Shown piece after piece: positions 47,991 to 61,124 of a stretch of DNA of 64,000 nt. The position numbers were made by a program, and so were the translations under genes. Source of the DNA: Veleropilina oligotropha (Eukaryota); assembly GCA_048128005.1 (NCBI GenBank), contig JBEUKZ010000025.1, positions 186,001 to 250,000 on the forward strand, in the 5' to 3' direction. The notes under the pieces were generated by a model. That model saw only the letters and a program-made list of their open reading frames with translations, did not search any database and was not told the origin of the DNA. Positions within the stretch are counted from its first letter, which is position 1. The number at the start of each line of letters is the position of its first letter.

Positions 47991-48545
47991 CTCAGCTTTC
48001 CGAGGCCATCATTGATTTTCTCTGACCAATGAGATCCATCGTCTCAAAGTAAATAAACATATCCCATGATTCAAATTATATAGAATATAAATGAATTTTT
48101 TTACAATACAAATGAAACATTATACCACACAAATATAAAAATTATACCACACAAATAATAATTATACAACACAAATAAAAATTATACAATATAAATGTTA
48201 CTTATACAATACAAATAAATAATTTTACAATACAAATGAAAATTATACAATATAAATGGACACTTATATAATACAAATGAACAATTATACAATATAAATG
48301 GGCACTTATACAATACAAATGAACAATTATATAATATAAATGGAACTTATACAATGCAAATGAACACTCAAAGAATACAAATAGACTATTATTCAATACA
48401 AATAGACTATTATACAATACAAATGAACAATTATACAATATAAATGGATACTTTTACAATGATAATGGAAAATATACCATATAAATATAAACATATTCAA
48501 TATAAATGTAAAAATATCGAATAATGCAACGTTTGACATGCCATA
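47991..48545 (-). repeat. Right TIR of the IS3EU-like element
   Basis: Near-identical inverted copy of 26897-27451. Confidence 0.95.
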
Positions 48546-49370
48546 GTACTCGTATTGAAATACTGCAACAAAAATCATATTTCGTATTTCAACTTGGTTT
48601 TAATCTCCCACACAAGTGATTTTCCCTGGCAAAATCTACCACTTTCATACATGTTCATATATATATTATATATATTTTATTGCAGGTCCTGATCATGGAT
48701 ATTATGTGATCATATTCAGGAGATGGTAATGCACTCCAATCTAACTATCCTTTGCTATTGTAGTTTCAGCTTGTGGTGCATCTAATAACTTACACCGGTG
48801 CTCTATGCACATGCATGCAATACGGATTTCACTCCTATCATTATATAGTTTGCAAGCTTTCCGTCTAATGTGCGCATTCATTGTCCTGTTTACCTTGCTT
48901 GCCATTATGTCATCGTGACACACCTACATCTTAGAGTAAAGGGCAAAAATTTAAATTTAGTTTAATTTTGGTTTTCAATGTGAATATAATGTATTCAGCA
49001 TTTTTTTTAAATGTACACAAAATGGTCGTAAATAAGTAATTATAAGCACTATTCGCAAACATTAGCTTAACCCAATGATATTGGAAGGCTTTTGGCAGCA
49101 TTGTAAATTCTACCTTCTTTGCCGGTTCTAATCAGACTTTGTAAATCTATATTCACCTATTTCACCCGTATCTTCACAACTTATTTAGCGAAATACAGAA
49201 AAAATGGGTGTGTCACTTTAATGTTGATGTACTCTTCCTTGTTTAATAGGGTCTGTGGAATCTCATCTCCTCATTGTCACACCTATGCATGCTTACAATG
49301 CGACACCATTTCATAGACTTTGTATTTCATAGATTTCTCCCTTTATTATCCTTTCAGCTAATAGCAGGAT

Positions 49371-49617
49371 CAGTGCCCGGTTTTATGAGCAAGGCGTATG
49401 TCTAGCCCAGGACTAACTTAATGTTGTTCTGAGATCAAAACGAGAGAAGATCGAGTTAGGCTGGTTTTTGCTTATGTTATGGCATGTAGGTTAGCACGAA
49501 CTAGCCTAACTCGCTCTCCTAAAATACTATCAGCATTTTAGTCCTTGAGCAATGGTAATATTTAATATAAAATAGTCCTAGACTAGGCCTACGTCTTGCT
49601 CATAGCACTGGGCACTG
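49371..49617. mobile_element. Short Harbinger-like MITE
   Basis: CAGTGCCCGGTTTTATGAGCAAG / CTTGCTCATAGCACTGGGCACTG inverted ends. Confidence 0.7.
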
Positions 49618-49802
49618 GTGTGCTATGGATGTATAATCAACTCTCCATCGATGCTTAGTTCAACAACATATAATAGATTTCATCATTCTTTCAGCTGATG
49701 TCACTTGTTTCCATATTTCCAAGCTAGTCAGTTATTCGTCAGACCTTTGATATATACCGGTATAAGTATTGCGACATCTTGCGTTATAAGATAACAAGTC
49801 AG

Positions 49803-50321
49803 ATGTCTACTCCAAGTCCATTTTCTACTCCCGCCAAATTCTCAAGAATGAACTTCGGTTCAACTCCTCCAAAAGTGTCTCGTGTCAGCTTTGGAGATGC
49901 AGACCGACTACCATCTCCTCAGAAAACGAATACATTGATTCTGAAGATGGAAGACGTGTCTGAGAAGCTCAAATGCTCCTATGCCCAGTATGTGTCAGGT
50001 TCCCGCACATTATTGGACCTTCAACCTCCTCAGACAACGGCCGCAGCCATGCTGATCGGTAACGGAGAGCATGTTCTCAAACAGCAGAGAACAGAACTGA
50101 ACGACACCATCGCTGTAGTGGCTCAATGTCTTTGTGCCAAGGACCAGACCATTTCCTTCCTAAGACAGGAAATAGCAAATTCTCAAATATCGGCACTTAC
50201 TGATGATACAGAGTTTGAACAGGTACCTCCGGTCAGTACTAATGAGGATCAGACAAATGCTATCAACGTTACTGAGTTGGAACAGATACCCCCGACCATT
50301 CCTACAGAGGATCAGACATAA
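49803..50321 (+). CDS. Hypothetical protein (S/T-P-rich N-terminus, coiled coil), possibly Helentron-borne
   Basis: Open frame of 172 aa from ATG 49803 in AT-rich DNA. Its 3' part and downstream region are duplicated at ~50740-51310. Confidence 0.45.
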   Translation: MSTPSPFSTPAKFSRMNFGSTPPKVSRVSFGDADRLPSPQKTNTLILKMEDVSEKLKCSYAQYVSGSRTLLDLQPPQTTAAAMLIGNGEHVLKQQRTELNDTIAVVAQCLCAKDQTISFLRQEIANSQISALTDDTEFEQVPPVSTNEDQTNAINVTELEQIPPTIPTEDQT

Positions 50322-52070
50322 ATGTCAGGTGCCATCAACACGGACTTGTTCACCAACTCCAAGAACAAAAATTCTGATGACAATCTGACAACTTAATCAT
50401 AAATTCTAAAAGCAGAACAATGAGACATGATATTAATTTGAACTTCAATGAAAGTTTTAATTTGAACATTATTGCTTTCTTCTGTTTCTTTTAACATATT
50501 AATTATTAATGTGTATCAAGTGTATACCCATAACATGTGCAATTCTCTCATATAATCTACTGCATTTATTTGCTGTAGCATATGCTCTATTGAAGACTAT
50601 TATTTTATTCATAATTATTGTTTTCAATACAGTCAGTTCCTACACTACAATAATAATTACAAACGACTGAAGTGATCATATAGTATAATCATAATAATTC
50701 CTTTCTTTTCGTATAATCTGGTGCATTTATTTGGTGGTATGTCTTTGCGCCAAGGACCAGACCATTTCCTTATTTACAGTAAATAGCAAATTATCAGATA
50801 TCGGCACTTACTAATGATACAGAGTTCGAACAGGTACCTCCGGTCAGTACTAGTGAGGATCAGACAATTATGCTAAATGCTATCAACATTACCAAGTTGG
50901 AACAGATACCCCCGACCATTCCTACAGAGGATCAGACAAAAATGTCAGGTGCAATCAACACGGACTTGTTCACCAACTCCAAGAACAAAGATTCTAATGA
51001 CAATCTGACAACTTAATCATCAATTCTAAAATCATAACAATGACATGATATTAATTTGAACTTCAATGAACGTTTTAATTTGAACATTTTTGCTTTCTTC
51101 TATTTCTTTTAACATATTAATTATTAATGTGTATCAAGTGTATACCCATAACATATGCATATCAGTTCCTACATTGCAATAATTACAAACGACTGAAGTG
51201 ATCATATACTGTAATCGTAATAATTGCTTTCTTTTCATATAATATGGTGCATTTATTTTGTGTCGCAAGCTCTATTGAAGCGTATGAACATACTGTTTTA
51301 TTCATAATTATTAGGATTCGGATTATGATTTCCACGCAATCAGTTCATTGAAATTATATGTCATCACTGTCTTGTCAGTCAATGTCTTGTTTAATCACAC
51401 AGAGACAATATATACATTACAAAAACTCATTATGCCTTTAATTCTTTAATTACGTATGATAGTTAGTTGTTTTATCTATAGTTTACAAAACCCTTGTTAC
51501 TTTGTAGGATATAGCATGTGCTTTCGTACTTCATTAATGTGAATACATTTTTTTTTCAGTTTTTGTCCTGAATATTCTGTCATGAACATAGTTGCCTCCA
51601 GTAGAAGTATTCCATTATGAACATAACTGTCTTGCAGCAGTATTCCAGTTACTAACCAAGTTGCCTTGTATCTGAGCCAGTAAGTCTACTCACCATATTT
51701 CATTTATGCATATTATTATGTTCATGTATTAAACAGATTATCAATTTCAAAATGTACTTGCTCATATTGTTGCATTTGCACAATAAGCTGTTAAAATGTC
51801 TAGTTATCCTACTTTTGTCTGCTTGTCAAACATGTTTATTAAGTATAATAATCGTCCTCACCTATCATTGTTCCTATTTTTATTATAACCATTAATTAAT
51901 GTGATCATATTTTTACCCATTCAGCCATGCCCACCAGGGACCGTCGAGCAAAAACAAAGGAACGACGAAGAAAGAGAGTTAGTTCTAATTCTAAGCAAGC
52001 ATCAATTACAGCTGAGGTATCTTCAGTAAGTATAGTATAATAGGTATACATTAGTTAAGAAATAAATTGG

Positions 52071-52411
52071 TTTTTCGTGATCTGTAATTTAGTACAGTAT
52101 GATTTTGCCCTGAACTATAATTGTTAAACGTTATAGAAACTTAACCTCATAATAGTTTAACGTTTTAAACACCATACTCATATTGGGCTACATATCATGT
52201 TTGACATTTTCATAGTTCAAAAACCATACTCTATTAGACCATTTTTCGTGATCTGTAATTTAGTACAGTATGATTTTGCCCTGAACTATAATTGTTAAAC
52301 GTTATAGTAACTTAACCTCATAATAGTTTAACGTTGTAAACACCATACTCATATTGGGCTACATATCATGTTTGACATTTTCATTGTTCAAAAACCATAC
52401 TCTATTAGACC
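52071..52411 (+). repeat. 171-bp tandem duplication in Helentron intron 1
   Basis: TTTTTCGTGATCTGTAATTTAGTACAG recurs at 52071 and 52242. Confidence 0.9.
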
Positions 52412-52784
52412 ACAGATCACGGATAAAAATGCTTTATATCAATTATAACATTTCAATTTATATGTTCATAATTACTTCTTCAAAACAGTAATTAATTCAA
52501 TCTCAGACAATATAGGTTTGTTAACACATTAAAAATTTGAAGGTTAATTATTAAATAAATAGGGCACTGATACATAAATATAAAAAATTTTGTTCATTTG
52601 TTGTGTACTTCATTCCAGACCTCTGCTGGCCAAACTGAATGCGACTATGGAGATGCAGCTGGAACTGATGCTTCATATTCCTTACTGCACAGGGTACGTC
52701 TCGAGCTTATGACATTTTTCTATAATATTTTGTACTATATCATATATGATGAATTTCATTTATATAAATGAACTGTTTTCTGTG

Positions 52785-53490
52785 TTTTACACCCCGCCAT
52801 ATCAATGTTATATTATAATCTCAGTCGTCCGTGTGTCTTGCTTGCTGTACCGGTGGTTTCCGCTAATTATCTTCAAAATCGTCCATTGCATTTCTGTGAA
52901 ATCTTGTCACTGTTTTTCAAATTACAAAACTGAGGTCAAATTCAATTTTAGTATAATTTTGACAAATATTAATACAGTTAACCCCCTTTTAGACACAGAA
53001 AGAAATGAAATTGATTGTCCGTCAATTATCCTCCCAACCTCGCATCATCTTTTAAATTTTGTGACTGTGCTGCAAAGAATAGCTTGTATGTCAAGTTCCA
53101 TTCGACAAGCATTTGCGCAGTTATCTTCCTTCTTTGACATAGAAATTTAATATCCATCAATTATCTTCAGATCCGCACATCAGATTTCATTCAAATCTTT
53201 CAGCAGTGCTGCAAATAATACAATGGAGGTCAAGATCGATTTCAGCTGAATTTCGACAAATGTTTGCTCAGTTATACCCTTTTTCGACAGAAAAATGTAC
53301 TTTCCATCAATTATCGTTTGAACTGCGCATCAGATGTTGTTCAAATCTGTAGGAATGTTGGAAAATTTAAATAACAGCATTGATGTCCTGTTCGAATTCG
53401 ACAAATATTTCCACAATTGGCCCCCCTTAATACAGGCGGAGTATAATGTAATTACTATTACTGTGCTCTCGTTGTCAGACGAGTGTTTTA
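52785..53490 (+). mobile_element. HINE-like element with diverged internal repeats in Helentron intron 2
   Basis: TTTTACACCCCGCC...GGCGGAGTATAA subTIRs and 3' stem-loop CTCGT..ACGAG. Similar repeats at ~32878-33180. Confidence 0.55.
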
Positions 53491-54544
53491 CCATTTTCCA
53501 TTATTTCAAAATAGTCATTTAACTAATGTATCTGATTCAATATCCATTTTAATTGAACTGTCCAAGTTACTATTTATATTGACTCAAATGGCCACAGACC
53601 AATGAAGTTTTTTAGATAGTGGACAATTTTCATCTTGTAATAATATTCTCTCTGTGTCATATTTTCTTTCCCTCTTAGTTTCTCTTCACTAATCACCTTA
53701 TTGTCAATGTGCTATTTATGCATTGTTTCTCTTTCTTTTTAGGATATTGGACTTCATGATGAATCGTTTCATGCCTTAAATCCAGATGAAGTTTTGGAAG
53801 GATTAATCAGCATCCAAACAATGGACTATGTTACCCAAGTTCTCAAGGCACAGTTCGTCACTTCATATGGACTGTATACGCCATCATATTTATACGCACC
53901 GAGTCTCAACGATGAACAGCTTGCTACCAAGGTACCACGCGAAGAGTCGTGTGTTCAGATTCATTTCTGCAGTGATCATTATGTTGTATCAGCTCAATAC
54001 AATGGACAAATAATCCTGTATGATAGTCTTCCAAATGATAACCGTATTCAGACACTGTTCCGGCAGCTTCAATCACTTTACATCTGCGATAATGTAATTG
54101 ACATTGAGTACAGAGTTCCTCAGACACAAGACAATACCAGTTTATGTGTACTATTTGCCACTTCTAATGCATTGACATTGTTATGTGGTCAGACTCCAGG
54201 TGTAAAACAGTTAGAAAAAAGCAGAATGCGATTGCATCTACGGAACTGCCTTACAGAAGGACTGATTACCGACTTCCCTGAAGCCGATCATTGTCATGTG
54301 CACAGCCTGTCATTTACAGCTTCACAACACACATCTAGGATAGACAAATACTTCATTGACCAGCAACGCTTGAAAGAACAGAAACAAATGAAGACAAATA
54401 ACAGTAAAATAGAATTACGAAGAAAACAAGTTCGTGATGCTGTCCAACGAAAGAGACTTGACGTCGACTTTACAAGGACTGAAAGAGAAAAATCAAGAAC
54501 TAGAAACTACCAGAAAAGAGAACACCGGACATGTATAGAGAATG

Positions 54545-55430
54545 GAAAGGACAGCACTGCCAGACAGATAAAACGAAATGATCCTGAGTGTTCTCAGAAA
54601 GAAACAGTGAGAGAAACAAGAACTATGAAAGCTACGAGATTAGACACAGATTACAGAGGAAACGAAAGAAAGAGAGACAAGAGTGCCAGACAGCTAACAA
54701 GGAATGATCCACTGTACAGAGAAAACGAAGCGAAGAAAGATGTGACTGCCAGACAGCAAAAACGGAATGATCCGCAGTATTCTCAGAAGGAAACAGTGAG
54801 AGAGACAAATTCAAGGAAAACAAAGAGATTAGACACAGATTATAGAGGAAACGAAAGAAAGAAAGATGTGACTGCCAGACAGCAAAAACGCAATGATCCA
54901 CAGTATTCTCAGAAGGAAACAGTGAGAGAGACAAATTCAAGGAAAACAAAAAGATTAGACACAGATTATAGAGGAAACGAAAGAAAGAAATATGTGACCG
55001 TCAGACAGCAAAAACGCAAAGATCCACAGTATTCTCAAACGGAAATGGCGAGAGAGACAAATTCAAGGAAAACAAAAAGATTAAACACAGATTATAGAGG
55101 AAACGAAAGAAAGAAAGATGTGACTGCCAGACAGCAAAAACGCAATGATCCACAGTATTCTCAGAAGGAAACAGTGAGAGAGACAAATTCAAGGAAAACA
55201 AAAAGATTAAACACACATAGAGGAAACGAAAGAAAGAAAGATGTGACTGCTAGACAGCAAAAACGCAATGATCCACAGTATTCTCAGAAGGAAACAGTGA
55301 GAGAGACAAATTCAAGGAAAACAAAAAGATTAAACACACATTATAGAGGAAACGAAATAAAGAAAGATGTGACTGCTAGACAGCAAAAACGCAATGATCC
55401 ACAGTATTCTCAGAAGGAAAGTGTAAGAGA
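54545..55430 (+). repeat. In-frame 126-bp (42-aa) coding tandem repeat
   Basis: KKDVTARQQKRNDPQYSQKETVRETNSRKTKRLDTDYRGNER; AAGAAAGATGTGACTGCC recurs at 54733 and 54859. Confidence 0.95.
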
Positions 55431-58400
55431 TACTCCCAAGAGGAAGAGAAAACGTCAAGACGATCCTTTGTTCAGAGACATTGAAAGAGGGAGAGAAACT
55501 GAGGGCAAGCGAAGAAAGAGGAATTTGGATTGTAATTTTCGTAAAGCAGAGCAAATTAGGGATACCACTACAAAGCGGAGGGAGAGATAAAATGAGGACA
55601 AGAGACATCAAGATAGGTTAAAGGATAGAGAAAGACGAGCTGAAAGCAGACAACAGTCCTCTCCACACTCAATAGATGACTGTATAGCATTGTTTCATAA
55701 AACTGTGTCTGATGGCCCAACTTATATTTGCAGTTGCTGTGACCAGCTTTGGTATCGTCATTCAGTTGTAGAGTCAAAAACATGCAAGACACCTATGGCC
55801 ACTCTTTGCTTGAGAAATGTAATATCTGAAGGAGGTAGGGGGTGGGTGTGTAATACTTGTCACAGACACTTGATATCAGATAAAATGCCACCCTGTGCCA
55901 TTATGAATGGACTGGAGTTTCCACCAATCCCTAAACAGCTGGAAGGATTACATACCCTTGAATTTCTACTACTTGCACCGAGAATTGTGTTTATGAAAAT
56001 CTTTCAAGCTCCCCGTGGCCAACAGTTGAAAATTCTAGGTAATGTTGTTAATGTTCCTTGCAATGTAGTTCAGACTGTAACAACACTGCCTCGTCTGCAG
56101 ATCAATGATGGTACCATTAAAGTGAAATTCAAAAGGAGGTTGACATACAAATCAAGCTACAGAAATCAGAATATACGACCAAATAAAGTTAAAGGAGCAG
56201 CAAAGTGGCTTGCAGAAAATGGTAAACTCTATAAGCGAGAGAATATACAGTTTGACAACAATTGGACATACAATGAGCCACCAGAAAATCATGATTTAGA
56301 TGAAACGAACAGAAACGCAGAAGCTCAGAAATCACCTGAACAAACTGAAGGCACTACCTCAGAAGATATTTCAACAACAGTTGAGTATTGTCAGAGCAAT
56401 AATGATCAAGATCATCTCAACACAGTAGAAAAGGATGACCCCATCAAATTGTCCAAAATATCCAGTGCAACACATCGTATCACAACAGCAGAAAATCATG
56501 ATTTCGATGAAACCAACAGAAACAAAGAAACTGAGCAAGCATCTGCACTATTAGCATGCTCTATCACTGACCAAGATCATCTCAACCCAGTAAAAAAGGA
56601 TAACACCGACATAGGACCCTCAGAAATGTCTAGTGCAACATCTGCCCTCAGATCTGAAGAACCTGCTACTAGTGATGAATGGAATGAAATTGAAGAGACA
56701 GAAGTGCATGGCGGCAATATTGACACCATGTTTACAGATCCCACTTTCATTGAAGACGATGAGAAAGATCTAATATGGTCCATTGCTCCCGGACAAAATA
56801 ATCATCCTGTTTCAATCTTTAAAGATTACTATTGTGAAGAATTGGCATTTCCATCAATTTTTTGTGGTCAACCAAGAAGTGACAAAGAAAGAAAAGTGAA
56901 AGTTCACTATAGCGAAATTGTGAAATCAGAGCTTCGAAGATCTGATCAAAGAGCTGCCAAGTGTGTGGACAATATTTTCTTTAAAACCAAAAAATTGCAA
57001 ATGCAGCAAATATTTGGAAAAATGCAAGTTGCTCTGAGGAAATTCAAGACCAAAGATCAGAAACTTACAGCTGGTGACCTCAAAGAAGAAGGAGCAATTC
57101 ACCGTCTAATACATCTTGATGAGGGATACAGAGTATTGCGGACAGTCAGAGGTTCACCCCCATATTTTGAAAAAGCGAAAAAGGATCTCTTTGCCATGAT
57201 TCGATTCTTGGGACCAGCAACATTCTTCATGAGTTTCTCTGCAGCCAAAACACGATGGCTTCATCTGTTGAAAATTCTTTCTAAAAATGTAGACCAAAAA
57301 GATCTTTCAGATGAAAAACTCAAGTCCTTGACTTGGCAAGAAAAGTCAAGGCTGATTCAAAGTGATCCTGTCACAACATCAAGGCACTTTCATTTCTCTG
57401 TTCAAGCACTCTTGAAGTTCATGAAGAGCAGTGTCCATCCTCTTGGAGACAATGTAAAAGACTACTTTTACCGAGTTGAGTACCAGCATCGTGGATCGCC
57501 TCACATCCACATGTTGGTCTGGATAGATGATGCACCACAGTGTGATGAAAACAATGAGGAATCCGTGCAACATGTAACAAAATTCATCGACAAGATCATA
57601 TCTTGTTCTAGAGACCATCCTCAAGCAGAACTTCAACTCCATCGTCATTCCAGGACCTGCAACAAAGGTCGCCAAACATGTAGATTCAACTTTCCTCAAC
57701 CACCCATGAAGACAACTGACGTTTTAAAGCCACTGAGTGATTTGCCAGATGCTGAACTCCACAAAAAGAAGTACACAGAAATAAAAAAGATGCTGGAATC
57801 TATGAAATATGGAGAAGACAATACATTTGAACTGTTTCTTGAAAGATTGCACTTGACAGAGGAACATTATCTTTTGGCAGTCAGATCATCAATTTCCTCT
57901 CCAAAAGTATTTCTGAAGCGAACCCCACATGAGATCCGTATGAATCCCTACATACCATCTTGTCTGTCAGCATGGCGTGCCAACATGGATGCACAATTCA
58001 TCCTAGACATATATGCTTGTGCGACGTATGTTGTAGGCTACATATCAAAATCACAACGCGGAATGAGCCTGCTCCTAGACAAAGCATGTAGAGAAGCCAG
58101 AGACAAAGCAAGCAATATTCGCGAACAAGTTAGCATAATAGGGAATAAATTCACAAACAATGTGGAAATCTCTGCTCAAGAAGCAGTGGATATCTGCTTG
58201 CAAGTTCCCCTGCGACAGTCATCAAGACAAATTGTTTTTGTGCAAACTTCTCCTCCTCAAGACAGAACTTGTTTCTTGAAGCCAGCAGAAGACTTAGCCA
58301 AACTTGAAGATGACTCTGATAATATAATCATGGGGAATATGACATCACGGTACACCAGTAGACCCCAAAGTCTAGAAAAAGTCACCTTAGCTGATTGGGC

Positions 58401-61124
58401 ATCATCCTATGACAAATCAACGCAATCAAAGAAACCAGGGTCAGTTGAAGATGTTTTCACTGAAGACCAACCTACACAGGATAAGCAAAGAAATGATGAT
58501 GATGATGATGATGCCATTGAAGATGTTACAAAAGGATCTTGTTGGAGAGAAAAGAAGGTTCCCACTAGACGCAAAATACCGAGAATATTGAGATCTGTCC
58601 GATATAATGAAGACACACATCCAGAAGAATTCTCACGAGAACGAATTATGCTTTACACCGACTGGCGTAATAGGACTCTCTAATGGGCTCTTGCAGCTCT
58701 TTTCAACAACGATACTTCGAACTTCAAGGTCAGATTGTTCTTCAACTACAGTTATATGAACCTTATGCTGCCCAAGTTGCCATGGCAGAAGTTCAGGCGA
58801 GTGAACAGTGGGACAACTTGGCCCCATGTACTGAACATGAGAACCAGATCGATCAAGCGAGTGAACTAGTACAAAGTGATGATCATGTGTTCATTGTCCC
58901 CCCCCCAGTAGATCTTCCACAGTATGACATGAGACAAGATCTAGGTGTCGCCAGGCCTGCTGACAAAAGTGACATACTGCCTTTCAATGAGTTATCTGAT
59001 GAAGAACACAGAGCGTTAGTAAGATCGTTGAATGATAAGCAGCGAGAATTTTTTAATGACATTCTTCATCGGATAAAACTGTCAGACCAACCATTTTATG
59101 CATTCCTCAGTGGGGGTGCTGGGGTAGGGAAAAGTAGGCTACTCACAGCAATATACCAGACTGCTATGAAATTCTACAACTCTATCCCTGGGACAGACTA
59201 CAACACACAGCACGTTGTCATCCTGGCTCCTACTGGCAAGGCAGCATTTAATGTGTCGGGAAACACTATTCAGTCAGCACTCAAGGTGTTACCAAACCAA
59301 AAGTTTAATATGGATACTCCAACTTCTGAGAAACTAAACACCTTACAGTGTGACCTTGGTGAAACAAAGCTCATCATAATAGATGAAATTTCCATGGTTG
59401 GTCTGCGATTGTTCTCTTTGATACATAAGCGTTTTCAAGACATTAAAGGGTCATCAGAAGATTTTGCAAGTGTCTCTGTCATCTGTTTTAGCGATCTATT
59501 CCAATTCAAACCTGTCTTTGACTGCTTCTTGTTCTCAAATGATGTGAATGGTACAAATGCTCTTGCGACTAACTTATGGAAGAAACACTTCAAACTCTAC
59601 GAGCTGACAGAAATCATGCGACAGAAAGACAATCAACAATTTGCACACTTGCTGAACAGACTACGGGAAGGAAATCAAACACCTGAAGATATTGATGTTT
59701 TAGAATCCAGACTTTGCAACGAGTTTGATGAAAACTATCCCGTCTTTGCTCCACATTTGTTCATTGAAAATTCAAGGGTTGATACATGGAATGATCATGC
59801 ATATGAAAGGTCAGCAAAGACAAAGCAACTATGTGCATCCCATGATACAGTAGTGGGTGATGTTCATCCTGAAGTCGCATCAAGGATTCTACAGCGTATT
59901 CCAAATAAACCTGCTCAGACAATGCAACTGCACAATCAATTGAAACTTAGTATTGACTTGAAGTTTGATGTTTGTCTCAACATCAATACATCAGATGGGC
60001 TGACAAATGGAGCAACAGGAGTCATCAAACATTTCAATCTTCCACTCTCTGGTAAAGCTAATCGAGGAATAACATGGATAGAGTTTCCAGAAGAGAAAGT
60101 TGGGAGACAAACAAGACGAGACAATCGCCATTTGTACAGATCTCATATAAACAACAACTGGACACCTATTGCACCTGTCTCTAGGCACTTCACAGTTGGG
60201 CGCCATGGAAATGTTATGAGAACACAATTCCCACTCAGACCTTCAGCTGCCAAGACACTCCATAGGGCTCAGGGTGAAACTTTGTCTTCAGTTGTTGTTG
60301 ACTTTGTGGTGTCCAGTTCTAAAATTTCGAAAACGTTCTTTCAACATGCGCACTATGTTGGTTTGAGTCGAGTTACAACGCTACAAGGTTTGCATGTCCG
60401 AAATCTGAACAAAAAATGATATCGGTAAATGAAGATGTCAAACAAGAAATGCAGAGACTGAGAACCTCTGGACAATACACACTTGCAAATGCACCAATAT
60501 ACTCCCTGTCAGGTAACTTTACCATAAGTTACCACAATGCAAGGTCATTTCATCGTCATCATCAAGATTATTTGCAAGATCGAAATGTCAAGTCATCAGA
60601 TATTCTCCTCGTATCAGAAACAAGAATGAGGCTTTCAGAAACTGATGACAGCTACTCGATTCCAAATTTCAACCTCTTTAGGAATGATGACACAGGTACG
60701 TCATCTGAAATTCGTCCTGCACATGGAATGGCGGCCTTTGCAAGAAAACCAACAACTGTCACATCCAAAAACCACAGAGGCATTGAGATAATGCATCTTA
60801 CCCCTGCAGATCTTCCTAACGTTACAGTTGTGGGAGTATACAAGCCACCATCAGTTTCAACTGCAGTTGTTACGCAGATCCTCCTGGAAATTATTATTCA
60901 GCTATCCACCAGATATGCAATTATCATCGGTGATATGAACCATGATTTGAACAAACATGATGCCTTGCCCTTGCCACCAGAATATCATCAACTTATAAAA
61001 TCTCCCACAACAGACAGCAATATACGTGTATTGACCAAATCTACACAAACCTTCCTTACAGTCGGGTAACATGCCGGTGATGGCACTACTTTTTTATATG
61101 TCGATAAGATTACGGAGTTATTGA

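Larger units (their letters stand above)
26897..48545. mobile_element. 21.6-kb IS3EU-like DNA transposon carrying a DDE transposase and a HECT-domain gene
   Basis: Termini TATGGCATG...CATGCCATA, ~555-bp TIRs, TSD GTACTCG (26890-26896, 48546-48552). Internal integrase-core transposase on the minus strand. Confidence 0.88.
51927..61069 (+). pseudogene. Helentron (Helitron with endonuclease) polyprotein: NLS leader, Ulp1-like protease, 42-aa repeats, Zn finger, Rep (HUH/Y2), Pif1 helicase, APE endonuclease
   Basis: Exons 51927-52016, 52619-52693 and 53743 onward (all phase 0, GT-AG). Rep: RVEYQHRGSPHIHMLVW, YVVGYISK. Pif1: GGAGVGKS, IIDEISM, HRAQGET, YVGLSRV. EN: HNARS, VSET, IGDMN. Lesions: in-frame TAA 55588-55590, shifts at ~58672 and ~60416, EN C-terminus truncated. 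Confidence 0.92.
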
